Part shown: piece by piece, positions 1 through 9,606 of the stretch
How the letters are laid out: each line of letters starts with the position of its first letter
Position numbering within the stretch: the stretch's first letter is position 1
Source: a virus
Reading direction: 5' to 3' (one strand)
DNA: 64,000 nt
Virus record (IMG/VR): IMGVR_UViG_3300021962_000066
Coordinates: 19,784 to 83,783 of that record
Notes under the pieces: generated by a model
Told to the model about the DNA's origin: nothing
What the model saw: the letters and a program-made list of their open reading frames with translations, nothing else
The model's database searches: none
Translations under genes and position numbers: made by a program

Positions 1-12
1 AGCTACCTAGAA

Positions 13-1095
13 ATGTTAACTACAAAGAGCTACGAAGATGTAATTGCAAAGCTTGAGAAGTATTCTGGTAGACCTGCAGCGCAGATGCGGTTACCGGATG
101 TAATGTCAGGTGTAATAAACGCTTTGCAGCAAATTGCTACGTTTGAGCGAGGCAATGAGAAGAAATTAACTGCGTTGGCTCTAAAAGAGGTATTGTCTCT
201 TCCTGAATTTGAGCTCGCTAAAAAGGAAGTTGAGGAAGGTGCTCTGAAGTTCGATCTTAGTCTAGGCGCTGATAAGCCGACTCTTAAAAATGCTCAAGAG
301 GATCTTAGCGACGTTATTACGCAATTAGAAATTAATGATCAACCGGATAATCCTGACGAACTGTCTGACACTGAAAAATTAGATCAACAGATGGCGACGG
401 AAATAGACGAGCCGTTTCTTAGAAGAAAACTCGCACGGGTATTATTTCAAGGTAACGCGGTTAATAAGTTCTATCTGTTTAACATGCTAAAGACAGATCT
501 AGATGAGATTAACCCTAATTTAATAAATCTCTACGGAGTCTCTTGTGCATATATTCACGTGCTCTATTACGCAACTCCCGATAGTGTAATGCCAGATAAT
601 CCGGATGATGTACCTGAAGGCGGACTTCAGGGATCTTGCCAGGTAATTACTAATAGAGACGGCAGCAGAACGATTAAAGCTTCAGGTGCTAATCTACCCT
701 ATCTCATTCATGAGATTGTAAAGTGTATTTTTGATTATTTCTCTATGGATATTGCTCCTCAAGAAGTACTTGATAAGCAAACTCTAAGCGACGAAACGGT
801 TGAGTTTTTATCAGGTCCTCAAGCTTATCTACTATTTAAACGGTTTATACCAGCGGACGATAATAATCAAAGATTGGTACCGTTTATATTTCGTAAGTTT
901 TTACGTCTACCGATAGATGAGATTAAGGAAGTAATGGCGGCTGGCGGAGGTGCAAGTAGAATTATGGCTCGTCTGATTAGAGACAGTAATGTCGAATATA
1001 ACGATTATATACGCGGACTCAGTACGAGTGACACAGAGGGCGGAGCCGAGCCTGAAGGTGATGACTCGGGAGATGAGTGGAAGCGGGGAGAATAA
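13..1095 (+). CDS. Hypothetical phage protein, acidic (true start may lie outside the window)
   Basis: 360-aa ORF with an LPYLIHEIVK motif and acidic C-terminus; no family recognised. Confidence 0.6.
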   Translation: MLTTKSYEDVIAKLEKYSGRPAAQMRLPDVMSGVINALQQIATFERGNEKKLTALALKEVLSLPEFELAKKEVEEGALKFDLSLGADKPTLKNAQEDLSDVITQLEINDQPDNPDELSDTEKLDQQMATEIDEPFLRRKLARVLFQGNAVNKFYLFNMLKTDLDEINPNLINLYGVSCAYIHVLYYATPDSVMPDNPDDVPEGGLQGSCQVITNRDGSRTIKASGANLPYLIHEIVKCIFDYFSMDIAPQEVLDKQTLSDETVEFLSGPQAYLLFKRFIPADDNNQRLVPFIFRKFLRLPIDEIKEVMAAGGGASRIMARLIRDSNVEYNDYIRGLSTSDTEGGAEPEGDDSGDEWKRGE

Positions 1096-1156
1096 AAAGT
1101 AGGCTACAAAATACATCAGCCGTTGAAATCCTGCACCGGTATTGATAATTATTTAT

Positions 1157-1855
1157 ATGCCGACCGTACTACAGGATTTTAATACCAGTGCCCCTACTAT
1201 TGCTGCTCTACGTAATAGTATTAGCAACTTCACTCTTATTACTTCGGGTATCCGTACGGAGATTAATGAGTTTTTATCTGATACGTACGGTGCAGGTAAA
1301 ACATTAACCAGTTGGACGAATGAAATATATAACTCTACTACAGGCGGCTGGATCGCTGATAGAGCGAGATTTTTAACCGCTACAGTCACCTCTTCTCCAA
1401 TATATTATAGTGTAACAACTGCAGTGACTGGTTATGTTTCGGTAGCGCCGCCAGTCTCATCCTTTGGAATTAGGCAGAAGCTTTACGGCAATTTAAGTCA
1501 ATGGAGCATATCTCAGAGTATATCAGCCAACCCGGGTGCTAACCCGAACTTACTACCTGCAAGTGCTTTTGAGACTATTGATGTATATGCAAACGGTCCA
1601 ATGATATTATCCGCGACTCGAACTTCCCCCTCTACCCAGACTTATACCAAAGATCGATATGATTTCTATCTAAATGATCAGACCTTCCGGTTCGTCTGTA
1701 GCTATCTAAACGAAACACCTCTTAACGTTACCCTAGGAGATCATTGCAGAGGTTTAATATACAGCTTAAGCGCTCTAGAAATGGCTAATACTTCTATGAC
1801 TAACCAGATAGCTTTCGAAACAACAAAACAGACGCAGCTCTCACGGCTATTATAG
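1157..1855 (+). CDS. Hypothetical Ser/Thr-rich protein, probably virion-associated
   Basis: ORF 1142..1855; ATG at 1157 preferred because TAATTA lies just upstream. Confidence 0.55.
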   Translation: MPTVLQDFNTSAPTIAALRNSISNFTLITSGIRTEINEFLSDTYGAGKTLTSWTNEIYNSTTGGWIADRARFLTATVTSSPIYYSVTTAVTGYVSVAPPVSSFGIRQKLYGNLSQWSISQSISANPGANPNLLPASAFETIDVYANGPMILSATRTSPSTQTYTKDRYDFYLNDQTFRFVCSYLNETPLNVTLGDHCRGLIYSLSALEMANTSMTNQIAFETTKQTQLSRLL

Positions 1856-1856
1856 C

Positions 1857-2024
1857 ATGCCTAGTAATAACCAAAATAAATCAGTAATGACTATCACCGC
1901 AGATCTCATTATTGATTTGTACTTGGAAGCAAAGAAACTTCCGCCGAAGCAGAGAGAAATAGCTATAGAAAAGATTAAAATATTGAGTAAGAACTTAGGC
2001 AAGACCGCCTACGTTGATATGTAA
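1857..2024 (+). CDS. Small hypothetical protein (55 aa), not in the ORF track
   Basis: Hand translation MPSNNQNKSVMTITADLIIDLYLEAKKLPPKQREIAIEKIKILSKNLGKTAYVDM*; fills the gap, starting 1 nt after the previous stop. Confidence 0.55.
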   Translation: MPSNNQNKSVMTITADLIIDLYLEAKKLPPKQREIAIEKIKILSKNLGKTAYVDM

Positions 2025-2047
2025 TCTGATTAGTATTATTGTAATAA

Positions 2048-2503
2048 ATGCAGGCTCAATCGAAACATATTATCACTCACGAGACGTTTTTACAGTATGT
2101 AGATAAGATCTGTGAATCCGTGAGAGGCTACAAGTTTGATACTATAATTGGATTAGGTAGAGGCGGCTATGTACCTAGTGTCTATATTTCTCATAGACTA
2201 GGTGTTAGTAAAGTAATATCTCTCGTAGCCAAGTCCTATACTGACGACAACACCAGAGGCAAGCTAAATTTTCTACAGGAACCAGTACTAACAGATAAGT
2301 GTAAGAGAGTACTGATAGTTGACGACATTGTCGATTCAGGAACTACCTTCAGTTTTGTACGAGATTGGCTCACCGCTAACTACCCTACAACAGAGGCGAT
2401 CTTTGTATCTGTTGTTTATAAAAAGCAGCTAATATTTCCTGATGTAATATGCGGTTACGTAGCGCCGTCTGACCAGTGGATCGTCTTTCCTTGGGAGATC
2501 TAA
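2048..2503 (+). CDS. Type I purine phosphoribosyltransferase (xanthine/guanine PRTase-like)
   Basis: GLGRGG, PRPP-binding loop VLIVDDIVDSGTT, C-terminal WIVFPWE. Confidence 0.9.
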   Translation: MQAQSKHIITHETFLQYVDKICESVRGYKFDTIIGLGRGGYVPSVYISHRLGVSKVISLVAKSYTDDNTRGKLNFLQEPVLTDKCKRVLIVDDIVDSGTTFSFVRDWLTANYPTTEAIFVSVVYKKQLIFPDVICGYVAPSDQWIVFPWEI

Positions 2504-2581
2504 TACTTAGTTGACTGATTTTGTTATCTACAATTGATAAAAATATATACTGGCATAAGTAATTACGAATTGTAATATAAT

Positions 2582-3856
2582 ATGGCAACAAGCACATCTA
2601 CGTTCGCTCTTAATATTTCTGCCATTAGGGCATTATGCCTAGGAGTTTCGGGCATTACACCCCCCGGGCTAAAGCATGGGTATGCAGCGCCTACTGTCAC
2701 TGACGGTATATCGGGCGATTTCTTTTTTAATATAGCGTCTCTTTCATCATATCAGTTATATGGTCCGAAGACGACAACTTGGCCGACCTCGGCAATAACG
2801 CTAACAACTTTAAACTATCTCACATCCTATACGAACACTCAACTTAATGGCCTCACAGGTGGTAATACTCTGGCAATAGCGTGCTTACAGGATGGTGGAA
2901 GTTCTGGCTACGGCTTATTGAGCTCACTTAGGATATTGAATCAAGGTGGTGCTGCTGCTAATATAGGTTCACTAAGAATAAATACTAATTCAGGTCCGGG
3001 CATGCAGCTCCCGCATATCATCTGCAGTGCATTTGGTGTTGAAAATTTTATAGTCGATAGTGATGGCTCATTATCAGCTAACAATATTACGACTGATGGT
3101 ACGGTTACAGTAAACCCTAGGTACCAGACAACGGGAGGAGTAAATCGTTTATTCGGTGGCAATATATTCGGTACTAATGAGTGTTTTGTTTCTGCGGAAA
3201 AGGTTAGTATTTCTATCGGTGAGGCTACATCCGCGTACGATGCAAACTGTCTTGTAGGTGGCGGTAATTCGATTGCAACCGGTCAGTATTCATGCGCATT
3301 AGGTTGGGCTAATCAAGCAATTGGCCAGGGAACCTTTATTACCGGTCTTGAATCTAGAGCAGTAGGTAATCTGTCCATAGTACTCGGCGCCTCGGCCGTT
3401 GGTTATCATAGTGGTACTTTTGTCTGGAACGGTGGTCAAGGAGCTAATATTAGCTCGTCCGTATACCCTGTCGTATACGGACGAGCAGGTACATCAGGCC
3501 ACACTCAGGCCGTATTCTACTCTGCCTCTGGTACGCATATCGGTCGTAGACTTAGTGTTAATAATTTTCAAACAGAGACATTTAATATTACCGATCCTGT
3601 GCGTGGAACCACTGAGACTGTGATACTAACCGTTCCTATCACAGGTAGTAATGATGCCACGTTTACTGTTAATGGTACCATATCGTCGAATAACACTACA
3701 ACAGCTACAGGTTACTTCGATGGTAATAACGCACAGTTACTAACAGGCAGACAGACTGCACCGTCACCGTTAGTCGGCGGATCAACACTAAGTGATACAA
3801 TTGCAGCATTTAATTTATTACTGAGTAGTTTAACAGCTCACGGTTTAGTTAGATAA
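2582..3856 (+). CDS. Fibre/adhesin-like virion protein
   Basis: N-terminal G..GDFFFN...YGPK..W fibre module; YadA-head-like repeats (ATGQYSCALG, AIGQGTFITG, AVGNLSIVLG); C-terminal FNLLLSSLTAHGLV resembling head-fibre ends. Confidence 0.65.
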   Translation: MATSTSTFALNISAIRALCLGVSGITPPGLKHGYAAPTVTDGISGDFFFNIASLSSYQLYGPKTTTWPTSAITLTTLNYLTSYTNTQLNGLTGGNTLAIACLQDGGSSGYGLLSSLRILNQGGAAANIGSLRINTNSGPGMQLPHIICSAFGVENFIVDSDGSLSANNITTDGTVTVNPRYQTTGGVNRLFGGNIFGTNECFVSAEKVSISIGEATSAYDANCLVGGGNSIATGQYSCALGWANQAIGQGTFITGLESRAVGNLSIVLGASAVGYHSGTFVWNGGQGANISSSVYPVVYGRAGTSGHTQAVFYSASGTHIGRRLSVNNFQTETFNITDPVRGTTETVILTVPITGSNDATFTVNGTISSNNTTTATGYFDGNNAQLLTGRQTAPSPLVGGSTLSDTIAAFNLLLSSLTAHGLVR

Positions 3857-4461
3857 TGACATCGATGGCGCGATTTACCGATCGCACCCCTACCATAATG
3901 GTTCTGCAAAAATACTCCCGATACGTCAGTTACTTTTAATGGTAGCAGTACTACATCTGCAAAGTTTTTCAAATGTACGAGATCATCATCACTCGCGCAT
4001 TTTCCAATCTCGGGGTATATCTTACAGGTATCTAACCACCACAGCTGAAAGAATCCTAACGCCGTTCTGCCCTCGAATCCATGTTCTACATAATCATTAA
4101 CGCTAGTACCGTCTACTAACGTTCTACTACATCCATATAAAATATCTTTATGTAAGTTAACTAGTTTATCTCTGTAATTAACTGGTAATAAAATATCACT
4201 ATCTAACTGTAGTATCCACCCCGTGTCTTTCAGTCTTTGTATCCCCTCATTAACTGCTTTACCTTTTGCAAAGTTTGCGCCGTTATAATATATGTCTCTA
4301 GATAGAATATATTGTAGCTGATTTTTCTCACATAATTGTATTGTCTTTTTATCAGACTGATGAGTAACGATAATCCAATCGTCTAGTAGATCTCTATTAG
4401 GTAGTGTCTTCTCTAGGTAATCGCTATAGTCTATACATACGGTTACTGCTGATATTTTCAT
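3838..4461 (-). CDS. GT-A fold (GT2-like) glycosyltransferase
   Basis: KGKAVNEG and WILQLDSDI (DxD); ATG at 4461 makes an ATGA overlap with the upstream stop. Confidence 0.8.
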   Translation of the reverse strand: MKISAVTVCIDYSDYLEKTLPNRDLLDDWIIVTHQSDKKTIQLCEKNQLQYILSRDIYYNGANFAKGKAVNEGIQRLKDTGWILQLDSDILLPVNYRDKLVNLHKDILYGCSRTLVDGTSVNDYVEHGFEGRTALGFFQLWWLDTCKIYPEIGKCASDDDLVHLKNFADVVLLPLKVTDVSGVFLQNHYGRGAIGKSRHRCHYLTKP

Positions 4462-5006
4462 AGCCACTCTACAGGAATTCTCTTCTTCGAATAAAATTTT
4501 GATATACCATTGCCCTGTAGGATTCTCATATAGAGCTCATCTGCGTAATTATACGGGAAACAAAACCTATCAGGTACACTGCCTAGTTGTAGCTCAAATG
4601 TATTAATCATATTTACGGTATCCGATAGATACATACGAATCTTTTCAACCATTAATGTATTCTTCCGTAGTTGGAGATGATTATGACCATGACCACCAAT
4701 AAAACATTGAGGAGAATTATATAACGATCTAATCTGTTCCCAGTTCATATAATTACTGACATCGCCTACGCTAAAGAATCGATCATGCGCATCAGTGCAC
4801 GAAACGCAGTCAGAGTTCTGTTGGGTATCTTCTAACGCGACAATGTTAGTTGATATAAAAAAGATCTTTGGTGTGTTTATTTTTAGTAATTCGTTTCGAA
4901 ACTTATACTGAGTATACAATCCATCATCAAAGGTAAGTATATAATTCTGCAGAGGAAGTTTTAAAAACTCTTCCTTCATTTCATGAATCATTAGTACTTG
5001 TTTCAC
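4458..5006 (-). CDS. Polysaccharide deacetylase (NodB/CE4)
   Basis: LTFDDG, MNWEQIR, GHGHNH, FCFPY motifs. Confidence 0.85.
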   Translation of the reverse strand: MKQVLMIHEMKEEFLKLPLQNYILTFDDGLYTQYKFRNELLKINTPKIFFISTNIVALEDTQQNSDCVSCTDAHDRFFSVGDVSNYMNWEQIRSLYNSPQCFIGGHGHNHLQLRKNTLMVEKIRMYLSDTVNMINTFELQLGSVPDRFCFPYNYADELYMRILQGNGISKFYSKKRIPVEWL

Positions 5007-5653
5007 GAAATTGTAAATATAGGTTTAAAGCATTCTGCTTTATCGTATCCACACAGACTTCCGATATAACTGTCGCGGTGAGCAATCATGTCTATACTTA
5101 TAGGGTCAGGTGACTCTCTTAATTCTGTATCGTAGTTTTTAATACATCGAAGTTTTATATTATGTACTGATGTAATATCATTAAAGGTCGTGAACTCCTC
5201 TAATGACTTACCCCATTCGGTACTACCGGGAATCGAAAAACAGAGTAATTCCTTTATAGAGCTATTATATCTCGGTCTAGTAGTAACTCTAACAGCTTCA
5301 TATACGATTCTATGGTCTCTGTGTATATCGTACTGATAGTGCGAATAGATAACTTCAGGTTTATATGAACGTATCTCACTATCAATGTGTGACCGTATAT
5401 CAGCAAACGGGACAGTATCGAGTGAAACGTCGGAGTAATCTAATCTTATAAAATCATCTATGTTTAGTATATTACAGTTTTTTTTTGCGGCCACCTGTCT
5501 GCTTCCTGCAACATGTTCATGCCCTGGTCGATTACCTTTACAGAACGTTAGCAGTCGAATCTTATGACCTTGCTGTTTAAGCTTGGCTACAGTACCGCCC
5601 ATACCAATTTCCATATCATCCAGATGAGCTGTTATAATTAAAATATTTTTCAC
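5003..5653 (-). CDS. PIG-L/LmbE family N-deacetylase
   Basis: AHLDDMEIGMGG, HRDH and C-terminal AECF motifs. Confidence 0.9.
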   Translation of the reverse strand: MKNILIITAHLDDMEIGMGGTVAKLKQQGHKIRLLTFCKGNRPGHEHVAGSRQVAAKKNCNILNIDDFIRLDYSDVSLDTVPFADIRSHIDSEIRSYKPEVIYSHYQYDIHRDHRIVYEAVRVTTRPRYNSSIKELLCFSIPGSTEWGKSLEEFTTFNDITSVHNIKLRCIKNYDTELRESPDPISIDMIAHRDSYIGSLCGYDKAECFKPIFTIS

Positions 5654-6609
5654 GTATAGAAAGATACACCGCTGTTTATAATTTCCTGCATAGAAATTGT
5701 TGGTGTGTAATATTTTCTAAGTTCCAGAATATTAGGTATTCTGTAACCTATATCAATAAAGTCGTTTTTAAATGAATTACTCAGATCAGAATATACAATT
5801 TCTGATTTACTATTTACAGCCTTTAAAACGCTATTTGCTAATTGATTAATCGTTGTAATGTTATTGGGGTTGCCTATGTTGTATATATTCCCGTAACATG
5901 ACTCCGTACAACTAAGAATATACAATGCATTAATAGTGTCTCTAACATCGCAAAACGATCTAGACTGTTCACCGGTGCCGTATACCTCAATCGGCTTATT
6001 ACGTAGTGAGGCTTCAATAAAATTCGGTAAAACAGCGCCGCCCTTACTGCATTGACCGTACCCTGTCACATTAAATGGTCTTACTATTATAGACGGGGTA
6101 TCGTAACTCCTTAAAAGAAATTCCGATGTCAGTTTACATGACGAGTAACACCATCTACTTGTTCTGGAGGTTCCAATTGTAAGATTGTCAGACTCCACAC
6201 AATTAGTTGAACTACCATATATCTCACTCGTACTGGTGTATATAATCCTCTTATTAGACTTGGCAGCTGCCTCGAATACATTTGCATTTATATTGAGTAT
6301 GCTTTTAATTGCATGATTTGGGTTATTGTCTACAGTTCTAACTCCTACTGTTGATGCAAAGTGATATATAGTATCTTGATCTTTAAAAAAAGAATTGAGG
6401 GTTGTAGCAGACGTTTTAGACAGGTCGACTTTAATAATCTTATACCGATTACGAGCGTGGGACGTCTCCATTAATGTCTGTGATATCAACTTACTACGAT
6501 GCCCTATATTATCTAATATTGTAATATAGTCAGTACCCTCTGTCAGTAGCTTTTTGAGTAAGGAGGCGCCTATAAAACCTAATCCACCTGTTATTAGTAC
6601 TTTTTTCAT
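5650..6609 (-). CDS. NAD-dependent NDP-sugar epimerase/dehydratase/decarboxylase (extended SDR)
   Basis: TGGLGFIG, TSTSEIYG, RWCYSSCK (YxxxK), RPFNVTG, QSRSFCDV; resembles ArnA/UXS-type decarboxylase domains. Confidence 0.88.
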   Translation of the reverse strand: MKKVLITGGLGFIGASLLKKLLTEGTDYITILDNIGHRSKLISQTLMETSHARNRYKIIKVDLSKTSATTLNSFFKDQDTIYHFASTVGVRTVDNNPNHAIKSILNINANVFEAAAKSNKRIIYTSTSEIYGSSTNCVESDNLTIGTSRTSRWCYSSCKLTSEFLLRSYDTPSIIVRPFNVTGYGQCSKGGAVLPNFIEASLRNKPIEVYGTGEQSRSFCDVRDTINALYILSCTESCYGNIYNIGNPNNITTINQLANSVLKAVNSKSEIVYSDLSNSFKNDFIDIGYRIPNILELRKYYTPTISMQEIINSGVSFYT

Positions 6610-6612
6610 ATG

Positions 6613-7209
6613 TCAGCAAAATAACTCCTTTATATCTCTGATAGAGTTTGACTGCAACGATGTATAGTCTATAGTGGACTCAATACTGTGTAAACTGTTT
6701 ATTGTTTGACTAATGAAACTATCAATAGTAATATAACTTATAATATTAGACATATCACTGTCACTCACTAAATTTTGTCGTATTTTACGCATTAAACCCT
6801 TTGTTCTATGGGTACCATACACTCGCGGTATTCGTAATATCATATACTTATTGTAACGCTTTTTAATGTAAACCTCCATAGCGAACTTACACGATTCATA
6901 AAGATTTGTAATCTTATTAACTCCCTCCGTACTAGCAAATATAAATGTAGCATGATTCTCTATTGCAATATTCAATAGATTGTCTGTACCTATAACAATA
7001 GTGCTAACTGTTCGCTCTATATCTTTAAATTCAAATGTATCGCTAGGAGAGGCTAAATGCATGACCATGTCAATATTACTATATTGACGTCGATCTCTAA
7101 CATCGCCTTCATACTCCACCACGGTATAGATAGCGGAGAGTGCCGGTATAAGCGATGAGCCTAAAAAGCCTTTACTGCCTGTTATTAGTATGCGAGGTTT
7201 TCCATTCAC
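6613..7209 (-). CDS. Short NAD-dependent epimerase/reductase (SDR)
   Basis: TGSKGFLG, HLAS, YESCK, RIPRVYG; only 198 aa. Confidence 0.75.
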   Translation of the reverse strand: MNGKPRILITGSKGFLGSSLIPALSAIYTVVEYEGDVRDRRQYSNIDMVMHLASPSDTFEFKDIERTVSTIVIGTDNLLNIAIENHATFIFASTEGVNKITNLYESCKFAMEVYIKKRYNKYMILRIPRVYGTHRTKGLMRKIRQNLVSDSDMSNIISYITIDSFISQTINSLHSIESTIDYTSLQSNSIRDIKELFC

Positions 7210-7675
7210 AATTATCCCAACCGAGTCTTATGAGACTTGGTTCCTTTCCTCTGATGCAGTTAGTAAGCGTACTCAGAAATGATTGACGATCGTGAGGTTC
7301 ATGTAGAGGTATGCCCAGCGCTGCCATAAGTTGCGCGTCATCGTCTAATATATGACCCTTACCGCCGGCTTTATAACAACCGTTAGCACCTGCGTTAATA
7401 AACGTAACGCTTCTACCGAAGTTTACAACACTGAACTTTATCTGTTCGTATCCGCGGTGTATTACAAACCCTGCAACCCCATACACTATAACTGACTTAC
7501 CTTGACTAGCTAGCCCACCAGCAATGTTCACAAGGTTCGTCTCCTGCACTCCTACATTTATACAACGCTCTGGAAACCGCGACTTAAATCGCTTAAAGCT
7601 CCACATATCTGCATGTAAGAAATACAGATTCGGATTATTGTATTTACTAAGAAATTTGTCTAAGGTATTTCTCAT
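7172..7675 (-). CDS. Transketolase pyrimidine-binding subunit (no C-terminal domain)
   Basis: LHADM, FPERCINVGVQETNLVNIAGGLA, RGYEQIK. Confidence 0.85.
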   Translation of the reverse strand: MRNTLDKFLSKYNNPNLYFLHADMWSFKRFKSRFPERCINVGVQETNLVNIAGGLASQGKSVIVYGVAGFVIHRGYEQIKFSVVNFGRSVTFINAGANGCYKAGGKGHILDDDAQLMAALGIPLHEPHDRQSFLSTLTNCIRGKEPSLIRLGWDNCEWKTSHTNNRQ

Positions 7676-8360
7676 CTACTTTTTTATAATGCCAGGTTAT
7701 AGGGTCTGCTTCCATAAATGGGACACCGTACCCTTTAATAGTCTTACAAAAGAATACAGTCGGTTTACCGTATTCAGCTCTAAACTCTTTATTGAGCTTA
7801 AGGTAATCATGCCCGTCAACGACAGTAGTAGCCCACCCATTATTGCTAAAGAAGTTAATTACCGGCTCTATAGGTAGAATGTCGCACACTTTACCTGTAA
7901 CCTGTTGGTTGTTGTAATCTACAGTAACAACTATATTTGCCAATTTCTTATGACCGATATACTGTATAGCCTCTAGAGTGCTGCCCATCTGCAATGTAGC
8001 ATCAGAGAGATTGACCCACACTTTCTGAGATGTTGTCATAGCAATGCCACTTGCAACACCTAGAGCATTCCCCATCGTCTCTTCACCGAAATCAACAAAG
8101 TCTATTTCAGCGTGTTTAACTCCAGGAGATAGATTCTCTATATGCTTGATATAGTTAAGTCTTTTCCAGATTAGATAATAGGTTTGTGAACCAAATGGCT
8201 TACCTAGAACGATTTTGTGCTTATATGGTACAACATGCTTCTCTGTAAACAGAACATCCACATAAGTGAGCATAGATAGAGCTGACGGTATGTGCGTCAG
8301 CTGCTGCTTGATAGAATACTGTAAAACAGTATTTGGTAAAATAGGATCAACTATATCCAT
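7647..8360 (-). CDS. Transketolase N-terminal (ThDP-binding) subunit, divergent
   Basis: HIPSALS, MGNALGVASGIA, SDATLQMG (in place of GDGE..EG), VDYN, VDGHD, TIKGYGVPFME..WH. Confidence 0.85.
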   Translation of the reverse strand: MDIVDPILPNTVLQYSIKQQLTHIPSALSMLTYVDVLFTEKHVVPYKHKIVLGKPFGSQTYYLIWKRLNYIKHIENLSPGVKHAEIDFVDFGEETMGNALGVASGIAMTTSQKVWVNLSDATLQMGSTLEAIQYIGHKKLANIVVTVDYNNQQVTGKVCDILPIEPVINFFSNNGWATTVVDGHDYLKLNKEFRAEYGKPTVFFCKTIKGYGVPFMEADPITWHYKKVDEKYLRQIS

Positions 8361-9606
8361 AATCTTTTAACCATATAGGATATGGTGTACCCCTCAAGAC
8401 ATCAAGTTCTCGTGCTGCTATTTCTACGAGATTCCTAGGACTAGGTTCCTTTACACCTAGCCCTGTTAATAAACTATTCCAACTCCATTCATCAAATATA
8501 GCAGACTCTGAATATAAGTTAACATCCATCTGTTTATACTGATCCCAATACTCATTACTTCTTTTTGCGTATTTATAGTGTGCTAGTATAAAACTAACTA
8601 TCGAATTGTATTCCTTATTGATCGTACGGTTATATTCATCTGCTGTAATCTTCTCTTCAATATAGTCGCATAATAGCTCAATACTGAACACACTCATAAA
8701 CAGACTAGTACTTTCCATCGGCTCGACAAAGCTTGATGATAGACCTACGGCAGCAACTGGCGGCACTCCTTCAACTATATGTGTCTCACATCTACCAGTT
8801 GCGAACTTAATTTTTTTAATCTTACTCTCATCTATCTTACTGACAGTAGATTGCTCTATAAAGTCTATAAATTCCTGTCGCACGTTGAAATTATCTGAAT
8901 GCACATATCCAAATGTCATCTCGTTTCGTAAAAACAAGTTCCATATCCACCCATATTTCATAGCGGTTGCAATTGAATAGGGTCGTATTTGATTTAGGGA
9001 GTTAGTATAACGGTGTCTATAAATGTAGGCAGAGTTGTTAGGAATTAACTGCTCTATAGATACAAAGTTATTATCAGGCTCTACTGCTCTGAGAATAGTC
9101 TTTGACAGGCCTGTACAATCTACTACAAGATCTGCAGTACTCTTCACATCATTAAAGCTAACTTCCTTTTTTATAATAGAGAGATTTTTATAAACCTGCA
9201 ATTTAGATTCTATTAGAGTTGTTAGAAGGTTAACATTAAAGTGGAATCCTATATTACTCTCCGGATGTAAAACGCCAGCTGTTACACGTTGCTGTCTGCA
9301 ATGCTCATCATACGACGGAAATGCATGGAAAAACTTATCTCTTACACCGGAAAACTCATCAAATCTAAATCCAAATTTTATAGTACCGTTACAATGATCG
9401 AGAATGTCTTCTGACGATATACCTATTTTTCTTAGAAAAATATGTACGTCAGGTACAGTTGCTTCGCCTACACCTATAGGGTTATTAACCTCCGGGTATA
9501 TCCATCTGATGCTCTTATCTGGAAATGCTTTACATAAAAATGCAACCGCTAGGTAGCCTGCTGTACCAGCACCGACAACAGTTAGGTTTTTATACTCTCG
9601 GATCAT
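8347..9606 (-). CDS. Flavin-dependent tryptophan-halogenase family protein
   Basis: VVGAGTAG, IGVGEAT, GTIKFG (PrnA K79 equivalent), VDCTG, GWIWNL, FVEPMEST. Confidence 0.85.
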   Translation of the reverse strand: MIREYKNLTVVGAGTAGYLAVAFLCKAFPDKSIRWIYPEVNNPIGVGEATVPDVHIFLRKIGISSEDILDHCNGTIKFGFRFDEFSGVRDKFFHAFPSYDEHCRQQRVTAGVLHPESNIGFHFNVNLLTTLIESKLQVYKNLSIIKKEVSFNDVKSTADLVVDCTGLSKTILRAVEPDNNFVSIEQLIPNNSAYIYRHRYTNSLNQIRPYSIATAMKYGWIWNLFLRNEMTFGYVHSDNFNVRQEFIDFIEQSTVSKIDESKIKKIKFATGRCETHIVEGVPPVAAVGLSSSFVEPMESTSLFMSVFSIELLCDYIEEKITADEYNRTINKEYNSIVSFILAHYKYAKRSNEYWDQYKQMDVNLYSESAIFDEWSWNSLLTGLGVKEPSPRNLVEIAARELDVLRGTPYPIWLKDYGYS

